Assembly (NCBI GenBank): GCA_009392515.1
Contig: VFGE01000019.1
Coordinates: 1-63,290 of the forward strand
DNA from: SAR202 cluster bacterium
GTDB taxonomy: Bacteria > Chloroflexota > Dehalococcoidia > Lucifugimonadales > UBA6952
Direction of reading: 5' to 3'
DNA length: 63,290 bases
In this document: positions 40,116 to 49,181 of the stretch, piece by piece
Layout of the letters: every line of letters begins with the position of its first letter
Numbering within the stretch: position 1 is the first letter of the stretch
Notes under the pieces: generated by a model
What the model was told of the DNA's origin: nothing
What the model saw: the letters and a program-made list of their open reading frames with translations, nothing else
Databases searched by the model: none
Position numbers and translations under genes: made by a program

Positions 40116-41084
40116 ATGAGTTCTGAAATTATGGTTCAGGCAAATAATATAACAAAATTCTATGGTGAATATCCTGCGATTAGTGATGTCTCATTCACTG
40201 CCAATAAAGGAGAAATTATTGGGTTTTTAGGCCCTAATGGTTCCGGTAAAACCACAACTATGCGAATATTAACCGGATATATGCCAGCATCATCTGGAGA
40301 TGCTACTATCGCTGGATACGATGTCGCAAATCAATCTCTTGAAGCAAAACAACATGTTGGATACTTGCCTGAAAATGCCCCGTTGTATACCGATATGAAA
40401 GTTAATGAATATCTGACATTTACTGGAAAAATTCGAGGTATGACAAAAACAGCCATCAAATCAAGACTTGATGAAGTCATTGAAATCTGTCGCTTGCAAG
40501 AATATAAAAACACAATTATAGGTAAACTATCGAAAGGATTTAGACAAAGAGTAGGAATAGCTCAAGCAATAATCCATCAACCTGATGTTTTAATTTTAGA
40601 TGAACCGACTATTGGAATTGACCCAATTCAGGTTGTTGAGACACGTAGTTTAATTAAAGAAATCGGCGGTGACTCAACAATTATTTTATCATCTCACATT
40701 CTTCCTGAAGTCAGTGCGATATGCGAAAGAGTAATAATAATTAACGATGGTGAAATAGTTGCAGTTGACTCACCAGATAACTTATCCAATCGATTAGAAG
40801 CTACAGAAAGAATTCGTATTGAGGCGTTAGGTAAAACCAGCGATATGGTTTCTGTATTCCGAAATAACCCATCTGTTCAAGACGTAAATTTTCAAACTCT
40901 AGACGATGGTAAAATAATATTCGATATCATTAGTAAAGGGGGATTAGAAATAAGATCAGAATTAGCTAAATCAGTTATAGATAATGGATGGTCTTTATAT
41001 AATCTACAAGCTGTAAGTCTGAGCTTGGAAGATATCTTCCTAAGGCTTACTACAAATGAAGAAAACCCTGAGGAAAATAAATGA
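40116..41084 (+). CDS. ABC transporter ATP-binding protein (GldA-like)
   Basis: GPNGSGKTT, LSKGFRQR signature, LDEPT, SSHIL, C-terminal SLEDIFL. Confidence 0.92.
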   Translation: MSSEIMVQANNITKFYGEYPAISDVSFTANKGEIIGFLGPNGSGKTTTMRILTGYMPASSGDATIAGYDVANQSLEAKQHVGYLPENAPLYTDMKVNEYLTFTGKIRGMTKTAIKSRLDEVIEICRLQEYKNTIIGKLSKGFRQRVGIAQAIIHQPDVLILDEPTIGIDPIQVVETRSLIKEIGGDSTIILSSHILPEVSAICERVIIINDGEIVAVDSPDNLSNRLEATERIRIEALGKTSDMVSVFRNNPSVQDVNFQTLDDGKIIFDIISKGGLEIRSELAKSVIDNGWSLYNLQAVSLSLEDIFLRLTTNEENPEENK

Positions 41085-41800
41085 AAAATATATCTGCAAT
41101 AACTTATAAAGAACTTTTAATTTATTTTTCATCACCAATGGCATATATTATTGCAGGTGTTTTTTTTACTTTAACTGGAGTATTTTTTGTTACCAGTATC
41201 GAAGGCGCATTTGCTGAAGCATCTGCACGAGCATTATTTTCAAATGCAACATACTTTTTAATGCCCCTTATACCCCCCTTATTAACCATGCGATTGTTAG
41301 CTGAAGAACAAAAACTTGGTACCTTAGAACTTTTACTAACTTCTCCAATAAGAGACTATGAAATTGTAGTCGCAAAATTTCTTGCAAGCTTTATTATTCT
41401 ACTTGCAATGACTTTGTTTACCCTATTCTATATGTTACTTCTTTTTGTATATCAGGCTAATCCTGATATAGGTCCAATGATAAGTACATATATAGGATTC
41501 ATACTTTATGCAATGGTAGCTTTATCAATAGGACTTCTAGCATCTTCTTTGACCACCAACCAAATTGTTGCAGCATCCGTGGGTTTTGGAATAATATTTT
41601 TGTTCACAATACTCCAACGTATCAATGAAGTCATTGACGGACCTATTGCTACATTAATTGAACATCTATCACTCCTATCACATTTTGAATCCTTTTCAAG
41701 AGGAGTTGTGGATACTAAAGATATAGCTTATTTTATAGTAATGACTGCAGCGTTTCTGTTTTTAACAATCAGATCTCTAGAATCTAGAAGGTGGCGATAA
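41081..41800 (+). CDS. ABC-2 type permease (GldF-like)
   Basis: YFSSPMAY, PLLTMRLLAEEQKLGTLELLLTSP, TTNQIVA, SHFESFSRG. Confidence 0.88.
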   Translation: MKNISAITYKELLIYFSSPMAYIIAGVFFTLTGVFFVTSIEGAFAEASARALFSNATYFLMPLIPPLLTMRLLAEEQKLGTLELLLTSPIRDYEIVVAKFLASFIILLAMTLFTLFYMLLLFVYQANPDIGPMISTYIGFILYAMVALSIGLLASSLTTNQIVAASVGFGIIFLFTILQRINEVIDGPIATLIEHLSLLSHFESFSRGVVDTKDIAYFIVMTAAFLFLTIRSLESRRWR

Positions 41801-41801
41801 T

Positions 41802-43457
41802 ATGGTTCGCGATCAGTCAAACACAGGCACAAAACGTTTATCTAGATTACTTCCTTCTAACAGAAAAGGTGTAATAAGCCTCCTTATTTCTTTAACAGGA
41901 TTATTGGCGCTATTTATTGGTTTAATTTTTTATGGTTTTTTACCTGAATCCCGCAATACTGCTATTACAACAATAGTACTGGGTATACTACTCATATTAG
42001 TCGGTATGTTTATTTCTTATAGAGATATCTTAGGTTTCATAATTCAGAAAAAAGGACGCTACAGTATAAACAGCAGTATTATGGTCTTTGCGTTTATATT
42101 AATCGGCGTTTTAATTTATGTATTAGCTGCAAGAAACTCAATAAGAATAGATACTACTGCAACTCGTCAATATTCTTTAGCGAGTCAAACAACTGAAATT
42201 TTGCAAAATTTACAACACCCAATCACGGCAACAGCGTTTTTTGTACCTAATGACACAACTAGCGCAAGTTACAGAATATCTACAGAAAATCTACTAAATG
42301 AATTCAAGCATCGTTCTTCAGAAAACGCTAAATTTACTTATAAATATATTGATCCAGATTTAGAACCTACACTTGCTAAAAATCTTCGTGTAACCGAGTA
42401 TCCTTCAATTGTTTTTCAGGGTCAAAATTCCGATGGAGTCGATTTATCCTATACCCTTACTGCACCATTATTTGAAGAGAGAGATATCTCAACTGCAATA
42501 ATGATTGCATCAGGTATCCAACAAAAAAAAATCTACATCGTTACAGGCCATGGTGAAAGAGATTCATCAATAATGGACATAGAAGATAGATTAGGATTTG
42601 GTCTAGCCCGTGACGGTATGAGAAATGATAATTATGCTGTACAAACTCTCTCTATTGCACAATACGAAATTATACCTGATGACGCTGCAGCACTAGTGAT
42701 ACCTGGACCAACTATTGATTTATCAGACATAGAAGCAAACTTAATACACCAATACCTCAAGGGCGGTGGAAGATTATTATTAAGTGTAGATCCTGGAACT
42801 CCAAATAGTTACAATAATTTAATTAATAAATGGGGAATTACAATGATTGATGGTACAATCATTGATCTTGGCAGCTCTCTTGCCAATCAACCTAAAACTC
42901 CTTTGATCCAGCAAGAACAATTTGTAACCGTAGATCCAATTAATGTTATAACTGACCCTTTATCCCAAGTATATTTCCCAGGGACTATAGCTTTTGATCA
43001 AGTACTTCCAGCTGATGAAATGCCAGATTATATAAGAGCAAAACCTATAGTAGGTACAACAATGTTAAGTTGTTTACAATTTAATGAAGAGATAAACACC
43101 TGTAATCAAGATCAATTTACAATCTTAGCTCCTTCAATGGCTGTTGAGGCACTGAAACCAATAAATGAAGATCCAGATGCCAATGCGACGCGTCAAGCCA
43201 AAATTGTTCTTTTTGGTGATACTGATTTTATAAGTAATTATCATTTTTATAACTTTAACAATAGTGATTTATATTTAAATTCATTAAATTGGTTAACAGA
43301 AGATGTATCACTCGCATCCGTTAGAGCCAAGGCTCTAACTTACAGAAGACTTGTGGTTACAGATAGAGAAATCCAGCTTATACGAGGGTTAAGTTGGTTT
43401 GCTTTACCCGCTCTTATGACTATTCTAGCGTTTATGACATGGTGGCGAAGGAGATAG
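41802..43457 (+). CDS. GldG-like ABC auxiliary component
   Basis: N-terminal TMs, RIDTT..RQYSL, IDPD, YIVTGHGE, YLKGGG, FGDTDF, NSLNWL, C-terminal TM ending WWRRR. Confidence 0.85.
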   Translation: MVRDQSNTGTKRLSRLLPSNRKGVISLLISLTGLLALFIGLIFYGFLPESRNTAITTIVLGILLILVGMFISYRDILGFIIQKKGRYSINSSIMVFAFILIGVLIYVLAARNSIRIDTTATRQYSLASQTTEILQNLQHPITATAFFVPNDTTSASYRISTENLLNEFKHRSSENAKFTYKYIDPDLEPTLAKNLRVTEYPSIVFQGQNSDGVDLSYTLTAPLFEERDISTAIMIASGIQQKKIYIVTGHGERDSSIMDIEDRLGFGLARDGMRNDNYAVQTLSIAQYEIIPDDAAALVIPGPTIDLSDIEANLIHQYLKGGGRLLLSVDPGTPNSYNNLINKWGITMIDGTIIDLGSSLANQPKTPLIQQEQFVTVDPINVITDPLSQVYFPGTIAFDQVLPADEMPDYIRAKPIVGTTMLSCLQFNEEINTCNQDQFTILAPSMAVEALKPINEDPDANATRQAKIVLFGDTDFISNYHFYNFNNSDLYLNSLNWLTEDVSLASVRAKALTYRRLVVTDREIQLIRGLSWFALPALMTILAFMTWWRRR

Positions 43458-43466
43458 TTTCTTCTA

Positions 43467-44027
43467 ATGAACTATAGAATATCATTTATACTAATTGTCA
43501 TTGCATTAATAATAAGTATTTATGTTGGTTTTTTTGAATTACGAAAACCACCTAAAACTGATGAGGGAACCCTAGAAGCGCCTTGGTTTTATGATATTGG
43601 ATATGATGAATTGTCGGTATTAGATATAAAGTATCAAGATCATAATGAGTCCTTCACAAAGATAAATGGACAGTGGACCTTCACAGAAAGTGGGGATCAA
43701 GTTGATTTAAATCGATGGAGTGGTATTCCGTTATTATTCACTGGACCAAGAAGTTCCAGATTAATCACAAATAACTTAACAAATCCTGAAGAATATGGAA
43801 TTGATACCCCTACTGCTGAATATACTATTACTTTATCAACAGGAAATGAATTAACAATTCTTGTTGGAACAGAAACCCCTGACCTGTCTTCTAGTTATGT
43901 AAATTTAAAAGGAAAGGGTTCATTATTCCTTGTACCAGCTAGCTGGACTGTAGCTATAAACGATATGGCTTTAAACCCCCCTTATTATGATCCAAATACT
44001 GCAGACGAACCAATAATTGGCCCATAA
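43467..44027 (+). CDS. DUF4340-like extracytoplasmic accessory protein
   Basis: N-terminal anchor and the EYGIDTP...ILVG..TP...YV pattern typical of the gene following GldG-like genes. Confidence 0.65.
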   Translation: MNYRISFILIVIALIISIYVGFFELRKPPKTDEGTLEAPWFYDIGYDELSVLDIKYQDHNESFTKINGQWTFTESGDQVDLNRWSGIPLLFTGPRSSRLITNNLTNPEEYGIDTPTAEYTITLSTGNELTILVGTETPDLSSSYVNLKGKGSLFLVPASWTVAINDMALNPPYYDPNTADEPIIGP

Positions 44028-44040
44028 ATTTGGTGAATAG

Positions 44041-44700
44041 ATGATATTTGAAGAAACTAAATTCGATATAAAATCTAACAAAGCTGATTTATTTTTAGAT
44101 TTTATAAAAAAAGACTACGTTCCAAATATTTTAAAAAATAATATAAAACCTATTTGTTTATTACGAGGTATGATCGGCAAGCCAGCAAGCGAATTTATAC
44201 TCATCTCAGCATATCATGATATAAATGCATGGGAGAAATATACACACTTACCCAGCTTAATGAATGAAAAAATAGTATACAAAGAAAATAATTTATTAAA
44301 ACCAATTTCTAATAATAAATTGATGTCCTATGAGAACAATACATTAAAAAATATATATGGATATAGAGAATTTATAATTGAAACCAAAAATGTAAATACA
44401 TTTGTAGAAAGCTCAGAAAAAGGTATTTGGCCAAGAGTACAATCTCAAGGAGGAAGAGTATTAGGACTATGGTCAAATATTACCAATTCATCACAAACAA
44501 GAATTTTATTACTGACTGGATACGATAGTGTTAGTCATTGGGAAGGAACTAGAAGTGCTAATCAATACGGATTATCATTTGCAAATGCACCAGAAGCTTC
44601 AAAAGAATTAACAGAAACCGAAAAATTATTGAGAAAAAATCGAGAAGATATTACGATAAGCACCACTGTAAATTTAATGCAAAATATAAACTTAATTTAA
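44041..44700 (+). CDS. NIPSNAP-like dimeric alpha/beta barrel protein (two repeats)
   Basis: YGYREF, GIWP...GGRVLGLW and LLTGYDSVSHWE; weaker N-terminal counterpart. Confidence 0.6.
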   Translation: MIFEETKFDIKSNKADLFLDFIKKDYVPNILKNNIKPICLLRGMIGKPASEFILISAYHDINAWEKYTHLPSLMNEKIVYKENNLLKPISNNKLMSYENNTLKNIYGYREFIIETKNVNTFVESSEKGIWPRVQSQGGRVLGLWSNITNSSQTRILLLTGYDSVSHWEGTRSANQYGLSFANAPEASKELTETEKLLRKNREDITISTTVNLMQNINLI

Positions 44701-44714
44701 TAAAGGCCATACTA

Positions 44715-45791
44715 ATGACTATGAAATATGTAAGTAATGAAGAGATTATACGAGCTGCTAGAAAAAATCTTTCTCAAGGTGCCTGGGACTATTTAATGGG
44801 AGGATCAGAATCAGAAACAACTATGAGAAGGAATAGATTAGCTTTTGATAGACTAGCTTTTCGACCTCGAGTATTAGTGGATGTATCGAAAATCGACACT
44901 TCAAACACTCTACTTGGACACAATTCAAAAATGCCAGTTATATTAGCACCAATAGGGTCTCAAGAAACATTTACTGAGATGGGAGCAGCTGCAGCAACAT
45001 TAGCAGCAAATGAATTTGGAATAATTGACGTAATAAGCTCAGTAAGCTCTCCGAGTTTAGAAGAAATATCCACAACAGCTAATAACCCAAAGGTATTTCA
45101 ATTATATATCCATGGAGATTGGAATTGGATTACTTCTATGATTAATAGAGTAAAAGAAGCCGATTATAAAGCCCTCTGTATAACTGTAGATACTGCTCAT
45201 TATAGTAGAAGAGAGAGACCTATGATGACTAGATTTTTCCCACACTCTAGAAGAACTCCACCTGATCCTAAATTTGCAGCATCTGTAACATGGGAAACTA
45301 TTGATAAAATTACAGAATATGCTGATATGCCATTACTATTAAAAGGTATTGCAACTGGAGAAGATGCAAAACTCGCAGTAGAGCATGGAGCAAAGGTTGT
45401 TTGGGTATCAAATCATGGAGGACGTCAATTAGATTATGGTCAAGGAAGTATGGAAATGCTACCTGAAATTGTAGATGCAATAGAAGGCAAAGCAGAAATA
45501 GTTCTTGATGGCGGAATCCAGCGTGGGAGTGACATTGCAAAAGCAGTATCGTTAGGTGCAAATTCGGTTGCTATTGGTAAAATGCAATGTTTAGGATTAG
45601 CAGCTGATGGAAAAGATGGATTAATAAGAGTTCTGGAAATATTAGAAGAAGAATTAACTATTGCTATGGCTCTTTTAGGAGTAACCAATATAGATCAATT
45701 ATCACCTAATTATATTTGTAGATCAGAAGCAACAACTGAATCACATGAAATGAGTTCTTGGGTCAATATTCCAGAAAATCGTATAAAATAG
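44715..45791 (+). CDS. FMN-dependent alpha-hydroxy acid oxidase/dehydrogenase
   Basis: FRPRVLVDVS, FQLY, TVD, LKGI, catalytic SNHGGRQLD, DGGIQRGSD. Confidence 0.93.
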   Translation: MTMKYVSNEEIIRAARKNLSQGAWDYLMGGSESETTMRRNRLAFDRLAFRPRVLVDVSKIDTSNTLLGHNSKMPVILAPIGSQETFTEMGAAAATLAANEFGIIDVISSVSSPSLEEISTTANNPKVFQLYIHGDWNWITSMINRVKEADYKALCITVDTAHYSRRERPMMTRFFPHSRRTPPDPKFAASVTWETIDKITEYADMPLLLKGIATGEDAKLAVEHGAKVVWVSNHGGRQLDYGQGSMEMLPEIVDAIEGKAEIVLDGGIQRGSDIAKAVSLGANSVAIGKMQCLGLAADGKDGLIRVLEILEEELTIAMALLGVTNIDQLSPNYICRSEATTESHEMSSWVNIPENRIK

Positions 45792-46514
45792 ATGCCAACA
45801 ATTATAATTAAATCACCAAAAAATAAAGAATTTTTTTCTGGGGTTTCTGCAGTATTGCCAATTTTAATCGGAGTTATACCCTTTGGCCTAATATTCGGTA
45901 TCCTGGGATTAGAAGCAGGATTTTCTCCTAATCAAACATTTTTCATGTCATCAATTATTTTTGCAGGAGCAAGCCAAGTTGCATTCGTTAAACTGGTATC
46001 TAGTGGAACAGTACCATTCATAACAGTAATTTCTGTTGGTATCATTAATCTTCGTCACTTTTTATATAGTGCATCAATAGCTAAATACTTAGCTCACCTC
46101 TCTACACCTTGGAAAATCATACTTGCATACTTATTAACCGATGAAGCATATGCTGTGTCTATCAAAAGAATGCAAGAAAAAAAAGAAAATACAGTATTCC
46201 ACCATTATCATCTATTTGGAAGTGGAATAACTCTTTGGTTAACATGGCAAACATCAACATTTTTAGGCATTGTATTAGGTCAAATCATCCCAGAAGAATT
46301 AAACCTTGGTTTTGCTATACCTCTTGTTTTTCTTTCGATCATTGCACCAGAAATAATAAAATATAAAAGTCATGCTATATGTGCATTAAGTGCAGGTATA
46401 TTAGCCATTTTGTTAAACAATTTACCATTAAATTTATGGATAATATTTTCATCAATATTTGGTTTAATTATCGGTGTATTATTTGATAAAACTCCTAGGA
46501 AGAGTCAACAATGA
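45792..46514 (+). CDS. azlC: AzlC family branched-chain amino acid exporter, large subunit
   Basis: PFGLIFG, FAGASQ, NLRHFLYS, LLTDEAYA. Confidence 0.9.
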   Translation: MPTIIIKSPKNKEFFSGVSAVLPILIGVIPFGLIFGILGLEAGFSPNQTFFMSSIIFAGASQVAFVKLVSSGTVPFITVISVGIINLRHFLYSASIAKYLAHLSTPWKIILAYLLTDEAYAVSIKRMQEKKENTVFHHYHLFGSGITLWLTWQTSTFLGIVLGQIIPEELNLGFAIPLVFLSIIAPEIIKYKSHAICALSAGILAILLNNLPLNLWIIFSSIFGLIIGVLFDKTPRKSQQ

Positions 46515-46819
46515 TGTGGGCTATAATTGTAATTTCAGGAATCATAACATTTAGTATACGATTTAGTGCAATATATAAAATTACCAATTCTAGAACACCC
46601 GAATGGTTAGAAAATATATTAAAATACGTACCAACTTCGGTGTTAGCTGTCTTAATATTTCCAGAAATATTGTTAAATGAATCAAATAGCTTAGAAATAT
46701 TCAATAATCCAAAAATTCTAGCAGCCTCTGCAGCATTATTAGTAACAATATTAACAAAAAGTATTATCATTACTATAATTACAGGGATGTCAGTCCTTTG
46801 GGCTTTAACACTAAATTAA
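46511..46819 (+). CDS. azlD: AzlD family exporter, small subunit
   Basis: ITFSIR and LKYVPTSVLAVL; overlaps azlC (ATGA). Confidence 0.85.
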   Translation: MMWAIIVISGIITFSIRFSAIYKITNSRTPEWLENILKYVPTSVLAVLIFPEILLNESNSLEIFNNPKILAASAALLVTILTKSIIITIITGMSVLWALTLN

Positions 46820-46843
46820 ATGTATACTTGTTGGAGAGATTTT

Positions 46844-48016
46844 ATGATCAGTTATGCTGAATACCTAGAATGTACAAATTGCCAAAAAACTTATGACTAT
46901 ATAACACCATATAGAACATGCAATGATTGTGGAAAAGTTTTATACGTAAGATATGATATTGATAAAGCAAAGGCAAATTTCGATAGAAATATATTACCTA
47001 AAAGGGTTAATTCTATGTGGCGTTATTTTGAAATGATGCCAATTAAAAATGAATCAAATATCGTTTCTCTTGGTGAAGGAATGACTCCACTTTTGCATGC
47101 TCCTAATTTAGGGAAATCTTTAAATTGCTCTCAAATATATATAAAAGATGAAGGTTGCAATCCGACTGGATCCTTTAAAGCCAGAGGCTTATCTGCAGCA
47201 GTATCCCGAGCCAAAGAACTTGGCCTCTCTAAATTAACCATGCCTTCTGCTGGTAATGCAGGCGGGGCCCTTTCATCATATTGTGCTAGAGGTAATATGG
47301 AAGCAAATGTATTTATGCCTAAAGATGCACCTGAAGCAAACCAAAGAGAAAGCAAAGATGCTGGGGCAAACCTTACATTAATTGATGGCTTAATTTCGGA
47401 CGCAGGTAAAATATCAAGGGAAAAAGCACAGGAAAATGACTTATTTGATGTCTCTACTCTACAAGAACCGTACAGAGCAGAAGGTAAAAAAACTATGGGT
47501 TACGAGATTGCTGAACAATTAAACTGGGAAACTCCAGATGTAATCATATATCCAACCGGTGGTGGGACTGGTCTTATAGGTATATGGAAAGCATTTAAAG
47601 AAATGTATGAATTAGGATGGATTGATAAACCTAAAACTAAAATGATCTGTGTGCAATCTTCTGGATGTGCTCCTATGGTAAGAGCCTATGAATCTGGAAG
47701 TAACAATGCTGAAATGTGGGAAAACGCCCAAACATTTGCTTCAGGTATAAGAGTACCTGCAGCAATAGGAGATTACTTGATACTAGAAGCTATTCGAGAA
47801 AGCAATGGAACTGCTTTAACGGTCACTGATGAAGAAATGATTGATTGTATTAAAATGATTGCTTCTCATGAAGGGATATATCCTGCACCAGAAGGAGCAG
47901 CTACTTTAGCAGCACTAAAACATCTTCTTAATTCAAAAATTATTAATCCAGATGAAAAAATCATTCTTATGAACACTGGTAATGCTTATAAATATTTAGA
48001 TATGTGGATAGCTTAA
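46844..48016 (+). CDS. thrC: Threonine synthase-like PLP enzyme (fold type II)
   Basis: N-terminal CxxC...CxxC, SLGEGMTPL, NPTGSFKARG (PLP Lys), SAGNAG, EGKKT, PTGGG. Start placed at ATG 46844 after GGAG. Confidence 0.8.
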   Translation: MISYAEYLECTNCQKTYDYITPYRTCNDCGKVLYVRYDIDKAKANFDRNILPKRVNSMWRYFEMMPIKNESNIVSLGEGMTPLLHAPNLGKSLNCSQIYIKDEGCNPTGSFKARGLSAAVSRAKELGLSKLTMPSAGNAGGALSSYCARGNMEANVFMPKDAPEANQRESKDAGANLTLIDGLISDAGKISREKAQENDLFDVSTLQEPYRAEGKKTMGYEIAEQLNWETPDVIIYPTGGGTGLIGIWKAFKEMYELGWIDKPKTKMICVQSSGCAPMVRAYESGSNNAEMWENAQTFASGIRVPAAIGDYLILEAIRESNGTALTVTDEEMIDCIKMIASHEGIYPAPEGAATLAALKHLLNSKIINPDEKIILMNTGNAYKYLDMWIA

Positions 48017-49149
48017 TTTGTAAAATTATATGTATATTCTTCAATAACACCATCTTTAGGATTAAACCCAAGACCTGGACTTTCAGGTAAGACAACTTGG
48101 CCATTATCTGGCAATGGTGCTCCATCGTAATATTGTTCAATAATTTTCCAACCTTGCCAATGAAATTCTATACGGCCACCGTTAGGTACCCCTGCATGTA
48201 AATGCATATTGATATGAGGCCAATTTCCTCCCATATTTAGTGGGATATTAAATGCTTGAGCAATACCAGCAGCTTTAATCCCTCCAGTATAACCCCCAAT
48301 ATCTCTTACATTTGGTTGTAAAATATCTACTGAACCATTCATGATAAATTCTCTATAGTGAATCAAATCGTTGGTTCCTGTACTACCGGCAGCTATAGGG
48401 ATATTACAATCTTTTCTTAACTGTGCCATCAATCTAGAGTCAGATTGTACAACGGGATCTTCAAACCAAGTTAAATCAAATTGTTCAAGTGCTTTTGCTA
48501 GCTTTAAAGCTTGAGGTAATGTTGCACACTTATTTGCATCTATCATAAGCTCTACTTTGCTACCGATTGCATCCCTAACCGCTCCCACTCTTTCGATATC
48601 AATATTAATATCGTCCTCTGTAGGTCTCCCCATAACTTCATTCATTGTAGGTTGCGAAGATGCAGCAACTACCATTTTAAGTCTTGTTTGTCCCATATCC
48701 AATAATTGTTTAGCAACAGTTACCAATTCTTCAATACTGTATGAACCTAACCCAAATGTGATATAAACAGGTAAAACTTCGTTACAACCACCTAACATTT
48801 TCCAAATTGGTTGATTACTAAACTTGCCTTTTATATCCCACAATGCAATATCTAATAAACTAGAAGCATTGCTAAATACACCAGTAAAGGCTTTTGTGGA
48901 TAGATTCCAAAGCACTTCAGATCTTATTTGCTCTATTCTCATAGGATCCATTCCTTCAATTAGAGGTTTTACTTCAAAATTAATAAAATCTCTTATTGCG
49001 TAAGGCATGGCATATACAGACATTGCATGTCCTAAAATACCACCATCGGTTTCAATAGTAACTATAGTTGCAAAGGCTTGGCTTTCAGGTTTTAATGGAT
49101 AAGTGAAAGGAAGGCGCAACACTCTAGAGTCTACTTTGGTAATTTTCAT
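48013..49149 (-). CDS. Mandelate racemase/muconate lactonizing enzyme (enolase superfamily) protein
   Basis: LDIALWDIKGK..QPIWKMLGG, LMIDAN, WFEDP, PGLG. Confidence 0.9.
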   Translation of the reverse strand: MKITKVDSRVLRLPFTYPLKPESQAFATIVTIETDGGILGHAMSVYAMPYAIRDFINFEVKPLIEGMDPMRIEQIRSEVLWNLSTKAFTGVFSNASSLLDIALWDIKGKFSNQPIWKMLGGCNEVLPVYITFGLGSYSIEELVTVAKQLLDMGQTRLKMVVAASSQPTMNEVMGRPTEDDINIDIERVGAVRDAIGSKVELMIDANKCATLPQALKLAKALEQFDLTWFEDPVVQSDSRLMAQLRKDCNIPIAAGSTGTNDLIHYREFIMNGSVDILQPNVRDIGGYTGGIKAAGIAQAFNIPLNMGGNWPHINMHLHAGVPNGGRIEFHWQGWKIIEQYYDGAPLPDNGQVVLPESPGLGFNPKDGVIEEYTYNFTN

Positions 49150-49181
49150 TAATCATTTACTCCTATCATTAATTTAATTCA

